Of a DNA stretch of 64,000 nucleotides, positions 18,020 through 25,997 are shown one piece after another (positions within the stretch are counted from its first letter, which is position 1; each line of letters opens with the position of its first letter). The stretch comes from Gemmatimonadota bacterium. GTDB lineage: Bacteria; Gemmatimonadota; Gemmatimonadetes; Palauibacterales; Palauibacteraceae. Location of the stretch: assembly GCA_046757885.1 (NCBI GenBank), contig JBHHZD010000001.1, forward strand, positions 53,587-117,586. Reading direction: 5' to 3'. The notes under the pieces were generated by a model, which saw only the letters and a list, made by a program, of their open reading frames with translations, made no database searches and was not told the DNA's origin. The position numbers and the translations under genes are program-made.

Positions 18020-18696
18020 CGGATCCGACGCCCATCGTGGCGCCGTCGATCCTCGCGGCGGACTACGCCCGGCTCGGGGACCAGGTTCGCGAAGCGGAGG
18101 AGGCGGGGGCCCGGTGGTTCCACGTGGACGTGATGGACGGCCACTTCGTGCCGAACCTCAGCATCGGCCTCCCGGTCCTGGAGTCCCTGCGCGCCGTCAG
18201 CGAGTCGTTCCTCGACGTGCACCTGATGATCGACAACCCCGGGATCTTCCTCCGCCCATTCGCGGAGGCCGGCGCCGATCTCATCACGATCCACCAGGAG
18301 GTCTCGCCTCACCTGCACCGGGACGTGCACGAGATCCGGCGGCTCGGCGCGCGGGCCGGGGTCGCGATCGACCCATCCACGCCCGCGGAGACGCTGGGCG
18401 AGATCCTGGAGCACGTGGACCTCGTCCTCGTGATGACCGTGAATCCGGGCTTCGGAGGACAGAGCTTCATCGAGGAGGCGCTCCGCAAGGTCCAGCGCGT
18501 CCGATCGATGGCGGCCGACCGGGGGCGGGCGGACCTGCACGTGGAGGTCGACGGCGGCGTCGATGCCCGCACGGCCCCGCTCGCCGCGCGTGCCGGGGCC
18601 GACATCCTGGTGGCGGGCTCGGCCATCTTCCGCGGCCCCGGCTCCGTGGCGGAGAACTACGAGGCCATCAGGCGCTCGCTCGCGGTCGAAGCGTGA
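18016..18696 (+). CDS. rpe: Ribulose-phosphate 3-epimerase
   Basis: MTDPTPIVAPSILAADYARLG...HVDVMDGHFVPN...VNPGFGGQSFI are classic Rpe motifs. The ATG overlaps the fbaB stop (ATGA). Confidence 0.9.
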   Translation: MTDPTPIVAPSILAADYARLGDQVREAEEAGARWFHVDVMDGHFVPNLSIGLPVLESLRAVSESFLDVHLMIDNPGIFLRPFAEAGADLITIHQEVSPHLHRDVHEIRRLGARAGVAIDPSTPAETLGEILEHVDLVLVMTVNPGFGGQSFIEEALRKVQRVRSMAADRGRADLHVEVDGGVDARTAPLAARAGADILVAGSAIFRGPGSVAENYEAIRRSLAVEA

Positions 18697-19151
18697 GCCG
18701 GCGGGAGCGAGCGGCGAGCTCGACCCTGACGGGCGCCGCCCGGAGGACGATCGTGGAGCACGTGGAGGCGGCGTACCCTCTCGAGGCCTGCGGGGCCCTC
18801 GTCGGAGATGCGGCGCGGATCCGCCGCGCGGTGCCCTTGCCGAACGCGGCCGGACGCCCCGAGAGCGCGTTCCGCATCGACCCGTCGGCCCTGGCGGGCC
18901 TGTGCGGACCCGAGCCCGATGGCAACGCGGAGGTCACGGGCTTCTACCATTCCCATCCCGATGCCCCGCCCACGCCGTCCCGCCGGGATCGGGAGAGCGC
19001 CTGGCGGGGCTACGGTCGGCTCATCGTCTCCGTGTGGGCCGGGAAGGCGGACCCGAGCCGGCTGTGGCGTTTCGACCGCGGGCGCGACGGGCCGCCTCGC
19101 GGGCCGGTCGGGGCCGGCGGCGTCCGGCGGACCTCCCGTCCTGAAGCCTGA
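18693..19151 (+). CDS. JAMM/MPN+ metalloprotease (Mec+/QbsD/HcyD-like) that processes a ubiquitin-like protein
   Basis: JAMM motif E...HSHPDAPPTPSRRD (E-x(n)-H-S-H-x7-S-x2-D). About 152 aa. The GTG start overlaps the rpe stop (GTGA). Confidence 0.8.
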   Translation: MSRRERAASSTLTGAARRTIVEHVEAAYPLEACGALVGDAARIRRAVPLPNAAGRPESAFRIDPSALAGLCGPEPDGNAEVTGFYHSHPDAPPTPSRRDRESAWRGYGRLIVSVWAGKADPSRLWRFDRGRDGPPRGPVGAGGVRRTSRPEA

Positions 19152-19158
19152 GCTCCCG

Positions 19159-20598
19159 ATGCCGACGGCGCGCTTCACGATTCCGGCGCCCCTCAGGTCC
19201 CTCGTCGGCGAGCGGCGGACCGTGGACGTGGAGGCCGACACGGTGGGCGCGGCGCTCCGCGGCCTGGCGGACGCGGAGCCCCGGCTCGGCGCCCGGCTCT
19301 TTCGGGCCGACGGATCGCTCCGGGGCTACGTGCACGTCTTCTTCGACGGGCGCGACGTACGGGACCTGGACAGCCTCGACGAGCCGATCCCGGACGGCGC
19401 GGATCTCCGCATCGTCCCGTCCATCGCCGGGGGCGCGCCCGACCGCGCCCCCGGACCCGAGGAGCTGCGCCGATACGCGCGCCAGATCATCCTGCCCGAG
19501 GTCGGGACGGAGGGACAGGCGAGGCTGAAGGCCGCCTCCGTCCTCCTCGTCGGCGCGGGCGGGCTCGGATCTCCGCTCGCCCTCTATCTCGCGGCCGCCG
19601 GCGTCGGCCGGATCGGGATCGTGGACGCCGACGAGGTCGGGGAGTCCAACCTCCACCGCCAGGTCCTGCACGAGACGCGGGACGTCGGACGCCCCAAGAC
19701 GGAGTCCGCCGCCGACCGCCTCGAGCGCCTGAACCCGCACGTGTGCGTCGAGGCGCACGGCGTCCGTCTCTCCTCGGGGAACGCCCTCGACATCCTGGGC
19801 GCCTACGATCTCGTGGCCGACGGCAGCGACAACTTTCCCACGCGCTACCTCGTGAGCGACGCGGCCGTCCTGCTGGGCATCCCGAACGTGTACGGCGCCG
19901 TGTACCGGTTCGAGGGCCAGGCTTCCGTGTTCGGCCTCCCCGGCGGGCCCTGCTACCGGTGCCTGTTCCGCGATCCGCCCCCACCCGAGCTCGTCCCGAG
20001 CTGCGCCGAGGCGGGCGTGCTCGGGGTCCTTCCCGGCCTCGTCGGCATGATCCAGGCGACGGAAGCGATCAAGCTCATCCTTGGCCTCGGGACGTCCCTG
20101 TCCGGCCGTCTCCTGCTCGTGGACGGCCTCGGCATGGAGTTTCGCGAGCTGGCGATCCGCCGCGATCCGGAGTGCCCCGCCTGCGGGGACGCCCCGTCGA
20201 TTCGGGAGCTCGTGGACTACGAGGCCTTCTGCTCCGGGGCGGCGGAGACGCGGGCGGCTCCCGACGCCCCCGCGGTCCCCGAGGTCGGCCCCCGTGAGCT
20301 CGCCGCCCGGCTGGAGGCGGGAGAGTCGCCGCAGATCGTGGACGTGAGGGAAGAGTGGGAGTGGAAGATCGTCAACCTCGCGGCGGCGGGCGCGGCCCTC
20401 ATCCCGCTCGGCGAGCTGGCGGATCGCGCCCCCGAGCTGGATCCGGAGCGCGAGACGATCGCCTACTGTCACACGGGACAGCGCAGCGAGGTCGCGGTCC
20501 GCATCCTCCGCGCCGCGGGCTTCCGGAAGGTCTCGCACCTGCGAGGCGGCATCCACGCCTGGACGGCCGAGGTCGATCCAGACCTGCCCACCTACTGA
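19159..20598 (+). CDS. Fusion protein: MoaD/ThiS/CysO-like ubiquitin-fold sulfur carrier (ending Gly-Gly) joined to a MoeZ/MoeB-type E1 adenylyltransferase with a C-terminal rhodanese domain
   Basis: The N-terminal 91 aa, MPTARFTIPAPL...DGADLRIVPSIAGG, is a beta-grasp sulfur carrier. It reads without a stop into APDRAPGPEELRRYARQIILPEVGTEGQARLK...VGAGGLGSP, the MoeB/ThiF Rossmann fold. CxxC...CPAC zinc site is present. The C-terminal rhodanese carries CHTGQRS. The continuous frame was verified by hand on the displayed DNA (ATC GCC GGG GGC GCG CCC GAC...). Confidence 0.8.
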   Translation: MPTARFTIPAPLRSLVGERRTVDVEADTVGAALRGLADAEPRLGARLFRADGSLRGYVHVFFDGRDVRDLDSLDEPIPDGADLRIVPSIAGGAPDRAPGPEELRRYARQIILPEVGTEGQARLKAASVLLVGAGGLGSPLALYLAAAGVGRIGIVDADEVGESNLHRQVLHETRDVGRPKTESAADRLERLNPHVCVEAHGVRLSSGNALDILGAYDLVADGSDNFPTRYLVSDAAVLLGIPNVYGAVYRFEGQASVFGLPGGPCYRCLFRDPPPPELVPSCAEAGVLGVLPGLVGMIQATEAIKLILGLGTSLSGRLLLVDGLGMEFRELAIRRDPECPACGDAPSIRELVDYEAFCSGAAETRAAPDAPAVPEVGPRELAARLEAGESPQIVDVREEWEWKIVNLAAAGAALIPLGELADRAPELDPERETIAYCHTGQRSEVAVRILRAAGFRKVSHLRGGIHAWTAEVDPDLPTY

Positions 20599-20609
20599 GC
20601 AGAGCCGGC

Positions 20610-21557
20610 GTGCGCATCGTCTCGCTTCTGGCCAGCGGCACCGAGATCGCCTGCGACCTAGGCCTCGCGAAGGATCTCGTCGGCATCTCGCACGAGTGCG
20701 ATCATCCTCCGGAGATCCTGGACCGACCGCGCGTGAGCCGGCCTCGCTTCGACCCCCGCGGGCTATCGAGCGGCGACATCGACCGGGCCGTTCGGGGGGC
20801 GATGGAGACGCACGGCAGCGTGTACGAGATCGACGGCGCGCTCCTCCGAGGCCTCCGGCCGGATCTCATCCTCGCGCAGGCGGTGTGCGAGGTGTGCGCG
20901 GTCCCCACGGCGGATGTGCGGCGGATCGCGAACGATCTGGGCCTGGCCGCCCGGGTCCTGTCACTGGACGCCCATACCCTGCCACAGATCCTGGACGGCG
21001 TGGAGCGAATCGGGAAGGCGGCGGGCCGGCCCCGCGAGGGACGCCGCCTCGCACGGCGCCTCGCGCGGCGGATGCGGGTCGTGTCGGAGCGCGTGTCGGG
21101 GCGACCCGCCGCGCGCGTCCTGGCCATCGAATGGCTGGATCCGCCGTTCGCCCCCGGTCATTGGGTGCCGGAGATGATCCGGGCGGCGGGCGGAGCCTGC
21201 CTGGTCGGAGCGGCGGGCGAGCGCTCGCGTCAGGTCGCCTGGAGCGAGATCCGGGACCTGGACCCCGACGTGCTCCTCATCATGCCCTGCGGGTACGGCC
21301 TGGACGAGTCGCGACGCGATGCGGATCGGTTCGCGAGCCGGCTGCGGGAGGCCGCACCGCGGGCCGTGGCCGAGGGACGCGCCTTCGTCGTGGACGGCTC
21401 CGCCTACTTCAACCGCTCCGGTCCCCGGGTCGCCCGCGGCGTGGAGATCCTCGGGGCCCTCCTGCATCCGGAGCCCGGCGAGCCCGTGCCCGAGGGCGCC
21501 GAGCGCTGGCAACCCAGCGGCCGGCCGGGCCGGGCCCCCCCGGGCCCCCTGGCCTAG
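20610..21557 (+). CDS. BtuF/TroA-like class III periplasmic-binding-protein-fold protein (cobalamin/siderophore-binding family) without a detectable signal peptide
   Basis: The GTG start gives MRIVSLLASGTEIACDLGLAKDLVGISHECDHPPE, colinear with the mature BtuF N-terminus (RVVSLSPANTELLFAIG...LVGVSSYCDYPPE). In-frame upstream sequence is moeZ-overlapping and non-hydrophobic. Its start lies 11 nt after the fusion gene stop. Confidence 0.65.
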   Translation: MRIVSLLASGTEIACDLGLAKDLVGISHECDHPPEILDRPRVSRPRFDPRGLSSGDIDRAVRGAMETHGSVYEIDGALLRGLRPDLILAQAVCEVCAVPTADVRRIANDLGLAARVLSLDAHTLPQILDGVERIGKAAGRPREGRRLARRLARRMRVVSERVSGRPAARVLAIEWLDPPFAPGHWVPEMIRAAGGACLVGAAGERSRQVAWSEIRDLDPDVLLIMPCGYGLDESRRDADRFASRLREAAPRAVAEGRAFVVDGSAYFNRSGPRVARGVEILGALLHPEPGEPVPEGAERWQPSGRPGRAPPGPLA

Positions 21558-22558
21558 GAAGCCCGGCGGGCGGGATCGAGGCGCGTCCGGTTCACGGCCG
21601 ACGAGAGGTCCCCCCGGAGCAGGGCGTCGCGAACCCGCTTCGCAATCTCGACCGCCACCTCCCGCTGGGCGGCGGCCGTGGCCGCCCCGAGGTGTGGCGT
21701 GAGGATCACGTGGGGGGCCTCGAGCAGGGGATGGTCATTCGGGAGCGGCTCGGCCTCGAACACGTCCACGGCCGCGCCCGCGAGCCGGCCGGCCGCGAGG
21801 GCATCCGCGAGCGCGGACTCGTCCACGACGCCGCCCCTCGCCGCGTTCACGAGATACGCGGAGGGCTTCAGCCGGCTCAGCTCTTCCGGTCCGATGAGCC
21901 CGATCGTCTCGGGGGTGGCGGGGACGTGGATCGTGAGAAAGTCCGCCTCGGTCAGGAGGGTGTCCAGGTCCACGGGGCGAACGCCGAGCGCCTCCAGGAC
22001 GTCCGCCGGAAGGTAGGGGTCGTGGACGATGACCCGCATCTCGAACGCGCGCCCGCGACGGGCGACCGCCGAGCCGATCCGTCCGGCGCCGAGGACCCCG
22101 AGCGTCCGTCCGCCCAGCTGATCCCCCTGAAGCTCCATTCGCTCCCAGCGACCCGCGCGCAGGGACCGGTCGGCCTCCGGGATGTGCCTCGCGGACGCGA
22201 GCAGGAGGCCGAACGTGAGCTCGGCCGTGGACACCGTGTTTCCGGCCGGCGCGTTGAGCACGGCGACCCCCCGTCGGGTGGCCGCATCCACATCCACATT
22301 GTCGAGCCCGACCCCCGCCCGGCCGATGACCCGGAGGCCGTCGGTCGCCGCGAGCAGCGCCTCGTCCACGGTCGTGCCACTCCGCACCACGAGACCGGCG
22401 GCGCCGGGCAGGGCGGCCAGCAGCTCTTTCCGGGAGCGCCCCACGAGATCGTGGACCTCGATCCCTTCGGCCTCCCGCAGGATCTCGACGCCGTCCGGCG
22501 CAAGCCGATCGGCGAGCACCACGCGCCTGGGAGCCTCCGTCCGTCGATCCGGTCTCAC
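21554..22558 (-). CDS. serA: D-3-phosphoglycerate dehydrogenase / D-isomer-specific 2-hydroxyacid dehydrogenase (short form, no ACT domain)
   Basis: GxGxxG NAD site (GVLGAGRIGSAV). Catalytic R/E/H triad context (NAARGGVVDE...TPHLGA). 334 aa. It overlaps the upstream aminotransferase stop by 4 nt. Confidence 0.8.
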   Translation of the reverse strand: MRPDRRTEAPRRVVLADRLAPDGVEILREAEGIEVHDLVGRSRKELLAALPGAAGLVVRSGTTVDEALLAATDGLRVIGRAGVGLDNVDVDAATRRGVAVLNAPAGNTVSTAELTFGLLLASARHIPEADRSLRAGRWERMELQGDQLGGRTLGVLGAGRIGSAVARRGRAFEMRVIVHDPYLPADVLEALGVRPVDLDTLLTEADFLTIHVPATPETIGLIGPEELSRLKPSAYLVNAARGGVVDESALADALAAGRLAGAAVDVFEAEPLPNDHPLLEAPHVILTPHLGAATAAAQREVAVEIAKRVRDALLRGDLSSAVNRTRLDPARRAS

Positions 22559-23667
22559 GTCACCTCCTCCACGACGCCGTCGAGCGCGGCAAGGAGTCGC
22601 TCCAGCTCCTCGGGCGTGTGATCTCCCATGTGGCCGATGCGAAACGTCGCGTCCCGCAGCGGCCCGTAGCCGGCCGCGATCGTGAACCCGCGTGCGGCCA
22701 TCCCCACCGCCACGTCGGTTCCGCGCACGCCATCGGGCACGCGCACCGCGGTCACGGTCGGCGAGCGGAACCCTTCGGGCGCGAGCACGGAGAACGCCCG
22801 GCCGGTCCTCGCGGCCGTTCCCGCGACCCAGGCGTGGGTCCGCGCCGCCATCGCCCCGTGCCGGGCCCAGCGCGCCGCCAGTCCCTCCGCGGCGATCCGC
22901 CCGAGCTGCGTCTCGAGCGCGAAGAAGAGGGACATGACCGGCGTGTTCGTCGTTTCATGGCGCGTGGCCCGTCGCTCGAACTCGACGAGGTCGAAGTACA
23001 GCCCCCGCCGCGGGACCGTCCTCGCGCGCTCCACGGCGCGTTCCGAGGCGACCGCGAGCGCGAGGCCCGGCGGCAGGGCGAGGGCCTTCTGGGAGCCCGT
23101 GAGCAGCAGGTCCAGCCCCCAGTCGTCGAACTCGACCTCGAGCCCGCCGACCGAGCTCACGCCGTCCACCGCGATGAGCACGTCGTCGAACTCCCGCACG
23201 GCGGCGGCGATCTCCGCCACCGGATTCAGGACGCCGGTCGACGTCTCCGAGTGCACGACGGTCACCAGATCGTATCGGTCGGGGCTCTCCGCGAGCACCT
23301 CCCGCACCCGGTCGGCCTCGTTCGGCTTGCCCCACTCGACGTGGATCGCATCCGCCTCCAGGCCCCGGGCGAGGGCGATGTGGTGGAAGCGCTCGCTGAA
23401 GGCGCCGCACACCAGGGAGAGGATCCGCCGGCGGCTCAGGTTGGAGACCGCGGCCTCCATCAGCCCTGTGGCCGAGGATGTGGAGAGATAGATGGGGCGC
23501 CTCGTGCCGAAGACCGCCCGGAGTTCCGGCTCCAGTCCCGCGATGAGCGCCCGCATCGCGGCTCCGCGGTGCCCGATCACGGGCCGTGCCATGGCCCGGA
23601 GGACCTCGGGACGCACTTCCGTGGGCCCGGGAAGAAAGAATGTGCCGAACGTCTGACCGCCCTCCAG
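22555..23667 (-). CDS. Class V aminotransferase (phosphoserine / serine-glyoxylate aminotransferase family), probably SerC-like
   Basis: Conserved N-terminus FLPGPTEVRPEVLRAMARPVIGHRG, then a PLP-fold body with SQKALALPPG (Lys). The track ORF extends to 24123 as junk. No canonical ATG/GTG/TTG precedes the conserved N-terminus (a CTG is at about 23667; the next ATG is MARPVIGHR at about 23595), so the start is uncertain. Confidence 0.7.
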   Translation of the reverse strand: MEGGQTFGTFFLPGPTEVRPEVLRAMARPVIGHRGAAMRALIAGLEPELRAVFGTRRPIYLSTSSATGLMEAAVSNLSRRRILSLVCGAFSERFHHIALARGLEADAIHVEWGKPNEADRVREVLAESPDRYDLVTVVHSETSTGVLNPVAEIAAAVREFDDVLIAVDGVSSVGGLEVEFDDWGLDLLLTGSQKALALPPGLALAVASERAVERARTVPRRGLYFDLVEFERRATRHETTNTPVMSLFFALETQLGRIAAEGLAARWARHGAMAARTHAWVAGTAARTGRAFSVLAPEGFRSPTVTAVRVPDGVRGTDVAVGMAARGFTIAAGYGPLRDATFRIGHMGDHTPEELERLLAALDGVVEEVT

Positions 23668-23868
23668 GTTCCGTCCGCTCCGGTGGACACGGAAACGCCG
23701 CAAAGATCCCTCGGCGCCTCCCGCCCGGCAAGGCCCCGGCCCATGCGGAACCGGTTGACGCTGACGGGCGGAGCGCCGACTTTGACGGCCGTTCGTCCGG
23801 CCCGTCGCCCCGTCGAATCGCGGCGGCCGGGGCGGGACTCGACACGCGGACCGGAGAGATCTCGGCGC

Positions 23869-24129
23869 ATGCGCTACGTCGTCATGACCCACCTCCCGCC
23901 CGAGGAGGTCCTCGAACGGGCCCGGCGGTTCTTCCAGGAGCGCGGCGGTCTGGATCTCGTGGAGGAGACGGACGCTACGCTCGCGTTTTCCTCCGGTGAC
24001 GGGACGGCAAAGATCACGGCCCGCCGCGAGTACGACCACACGAACGTTCGGGCGGAGACGGACCGGGTCGTGGGCCTGGACGTCACGGACGTCACGAAGC
24101 GCTTCCTGTATACGCTGGAGCACGTCTAG
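23869..24129 (+). CDS. Hypothetical protein (86 aa)
   Basis: MRYVVMTHLPPEEVLERARRFFQERGG... has balanced, non-R-rich composition, unlike the surrounding antisense artefacts. It is followed 2 nt later by a second small ORF. Confidence 0.4.
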   Translation: MRYVVMTHLPPEEVLERARRFFQERGGLDLVEETDATLAFSSGDGTAKITARREYDHTNVRAETDRVVGLDVTDVTKRFLYTLEHV

Positions 24130-24131
24130 CC

Positions 24132-24431
24132 ATGAGCCCGGAATCCGCCGCCCCGTCGGACGCCGTGCGCCTTCGCATCGCCATGCCGGATCGCTGGCTC
24201 GAGCAGCCGTGCGAGCTGCCCCTGTCCACCACGGTGGCCGAGGCGAAGCGCCTCGGCCTCCGGACGCTTCTCCTCCGCGACTCGGACGACCCCGACGACT
24301 TCTTCGTGGAATATGCGGAGCGGAAGATCCGGGACGAGGCCGCGACGCTGGCCGAGATCGGTGCCGAGACGGGGGAGATCCTCTCGATCCGGGCCTACGA
24401 CCTGGGGCACCTGCGGCCCTTCCGCGGCTGA
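24132..24431 (+). CDS. Hypothetical protein (99 aa), possible beta-grasp/ubiquitin-like fold
   Basis: RLRIAMPDRWLEQPCELPLSTTVAEAKRLGL...FFVEYAERKIRDEAATLAEIGAETGEILSIRAY resembles a beta-grasp pattern. It has no C-terminal GG. Confidence 0.4.
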   Translation: MSPESAAPSDAVRLRIAMPDRWLEQPCELPLSTTVAEAKRLGLRTLLLRDSDDPDDFFVEYAERKIRDEAATLAEIGAETGEILSIRAYDLGHLRPFRG

Positions 24432-24450
24432 GCGCAGGCCGGCGCCTCGC

Positions 24451-25797
24451 CTACGCGGTCTCCCCGCGCGAGAAGTATCGGCGCGTCTCCCGCAGGACCA
24501 CGCCGGACAGCAGCAGGAGCCCGACCAGGTTCGGGAACGCCATCAGCGCGTTCATGATGTCCGACACCAGCCAGACCACGTCCAGGCGGACGACGGCCGC
24601 GATCGCGATGACCGCGATGAAGAGGAGCCGGTACGGCACGATGGCCCGCGCGCCGATCAGGTATTCGAGATTCCGCTCACCGTAGTAGGACCAGCCGAGG
24701 ATCGTGCTGAAGGCGAAGAAGGAGAGGCAGACGGCCACGATCCAGCCACCGAACTCACCGGACAGGCCGGTGCTGAAGGCGAGCTGTGTCAGGCTCACGC
24801 CGTCGAGCCCGCTCTGCCAGGCCCCCGTGCTGAGGATCGCGATCCCCGTGAAGCTGCACACGACGATCGTATCGATGAAGGTCTGCGTCATGGAGATCAG
24901 GGCCTGGCGCACGGGCTCGCGCGTCTGGGCCGCGGCGGCGGCGATCGCCCCCGTCCCGAGTCCGGACTCGTTCGAGAACACGCCGCGCGCGACCCCGAAA
25001 CGTACCGCCTGCGCGACCGTATAGCCCACCGCGCCGCCTGCGACCGCCGACCCGCTGAACGCGCCCTCGAACACGAGGCGAAACGCGCCCGGAACACCCT
25101 CCAGGTTCAGGAGGATGACGAGCCCCGCCCCGGCCATGTACAGCACGATCATCAGCGGAACGAACACGCTCGTGAAGCGCCCGATGGACCGGATCCCGCC
25201 CAGGATCACGAAGGCGGCCAGGGTCGCGGTCACGAGGCCCACGGCGGCGTGGGGGACGCCCAGCGAGCCGCTCACCGCGTCCGCCACCGCCTGGCTCTGG
25301 ACCCCGTTTCCGATCCCGAAAGCGGCCAGGGCCGCGAACAGGGCGAACGACACGGCCAGCGTTCGTCCCACCCGCCCCCAGCGAATCCCGTTCTCCAGGT
25401 AGTACATCGGTCCGCCCGACTGCTCCCCTCGCGAGTCCGTCTCCCGAAACCGCACACCGAGCACGGCCTCGGAGTACTTCGTCGCCATCCCCACGAGGCC
25501 GGTCATCCACATCCAGAACAGGGCGCCCGGCCCCCCCGCGTGGATGGCGGTCGCAACCCCGACGATGTTCCCCGTGCCCACGGTCGCGGCCAGGGCCGTC
25601 ATCAGGGCCTGGAAATGGGAGATGTCCCCCTCGGCCCCGGCCTCCCGGCGTTTCACGAAGGCGAGGTAGAGCGAGTGGCCGAGCCGACGGAATTGCAGGC
25701 CGCGGAGCAGGAGCGTTAGATATAGCCCGGTCCCGGCGAGCAGGAGGATCAGGGGGATGCCCCAGACGGCGGCGTGGATCGTGTCGAGTACCGGCAT
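24451..25797 (-). CDS. Sodium:alanine (amino-acid) symporter, AGCS family
   Basis: Polytopic protein with AGCS signatures ([24 protein letters not shown]). The start is most likely [13 protein letters not shown] (track start 25845). Confidence 0.85.
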   Translation of the reverse strand: MPVLDTIHAAVWGIPLILLLAGTGLYLTLLLRGLQFRRLGHSLYLAFVKRREAGAEGDISHFQALMTALAATVGTGNIVGVATAIHAGGPGALFWMWMTGLVGMATKYSEAVLGVRFRETDSRGEQSGGPMYYLENGIRWGRVGRTLAVSFALFAALAAFGIGNGVQSQAVADAVSGSLGVPHAAVGLVTATLAAFVILGGIRSIGRFTSVFVPLMIVLYMAGAGLVILLNLEGVPGAFRLVFEGAFSGSAVAGGAVGYTVAQAVRFGVARGVFSNESGLGTGAIAAAAAQTREPVRQALISMTQTFIDTIVVCSFTGIAILSTGAWQSGLDGVSLTQLAFSTGLSGEFGGWIVAVCLSFFAFSTILGWSYYGERNLEYLIGARAIVPYRLLFIAVIAIAAVVRLDVVWLVSDIMNALMAFPNLVGLLLLSGVVLRETRRYFSRGETA

Positions 25798-25997
25798 CAG
25801 CCGCTCCGGGACGGGTTCAGGGTCGCTCGGGCAAACTCGCCGCACAGGTTAGGAACCGGGAGGCGGACACGTCAAATCCGGATCGGGGCGGACGGGCCGG
25901 TGAGGCCGGACCGCTACTCGGGGGCGAAGGGACGGCGGCCCTGCCGGGGCTCGGCTTCACGGCAGAGCCCGAGATCCTGGCCGAGCTCGGCCAGGCC

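Noticed and set aside
16165-18696. 843-aa +strand ORF
   Set aside because: Composite: only its last 227 codons (rpe, from 18016) are real. Upstream it runs out of frame across kbl and fbaB, which are read in other frames.
19159-20598. Interpreting the Ubl-E1 fusion plus JAB as an antiphage ubiquitin-like conjugation system (Bil/CBASS-Cap2/Cap3-type)
   Set aside because: The E1 carries a C-terminal rhodanese (CHTGQRS), the signature of sulfur-transfer MoeZ/MOCS3 enzymes. There is no E2-like or target/effector gene. The flanking genes are metabolic and translationally coupled. A sulfur-carrier biosynthetic role is more parsimonious.
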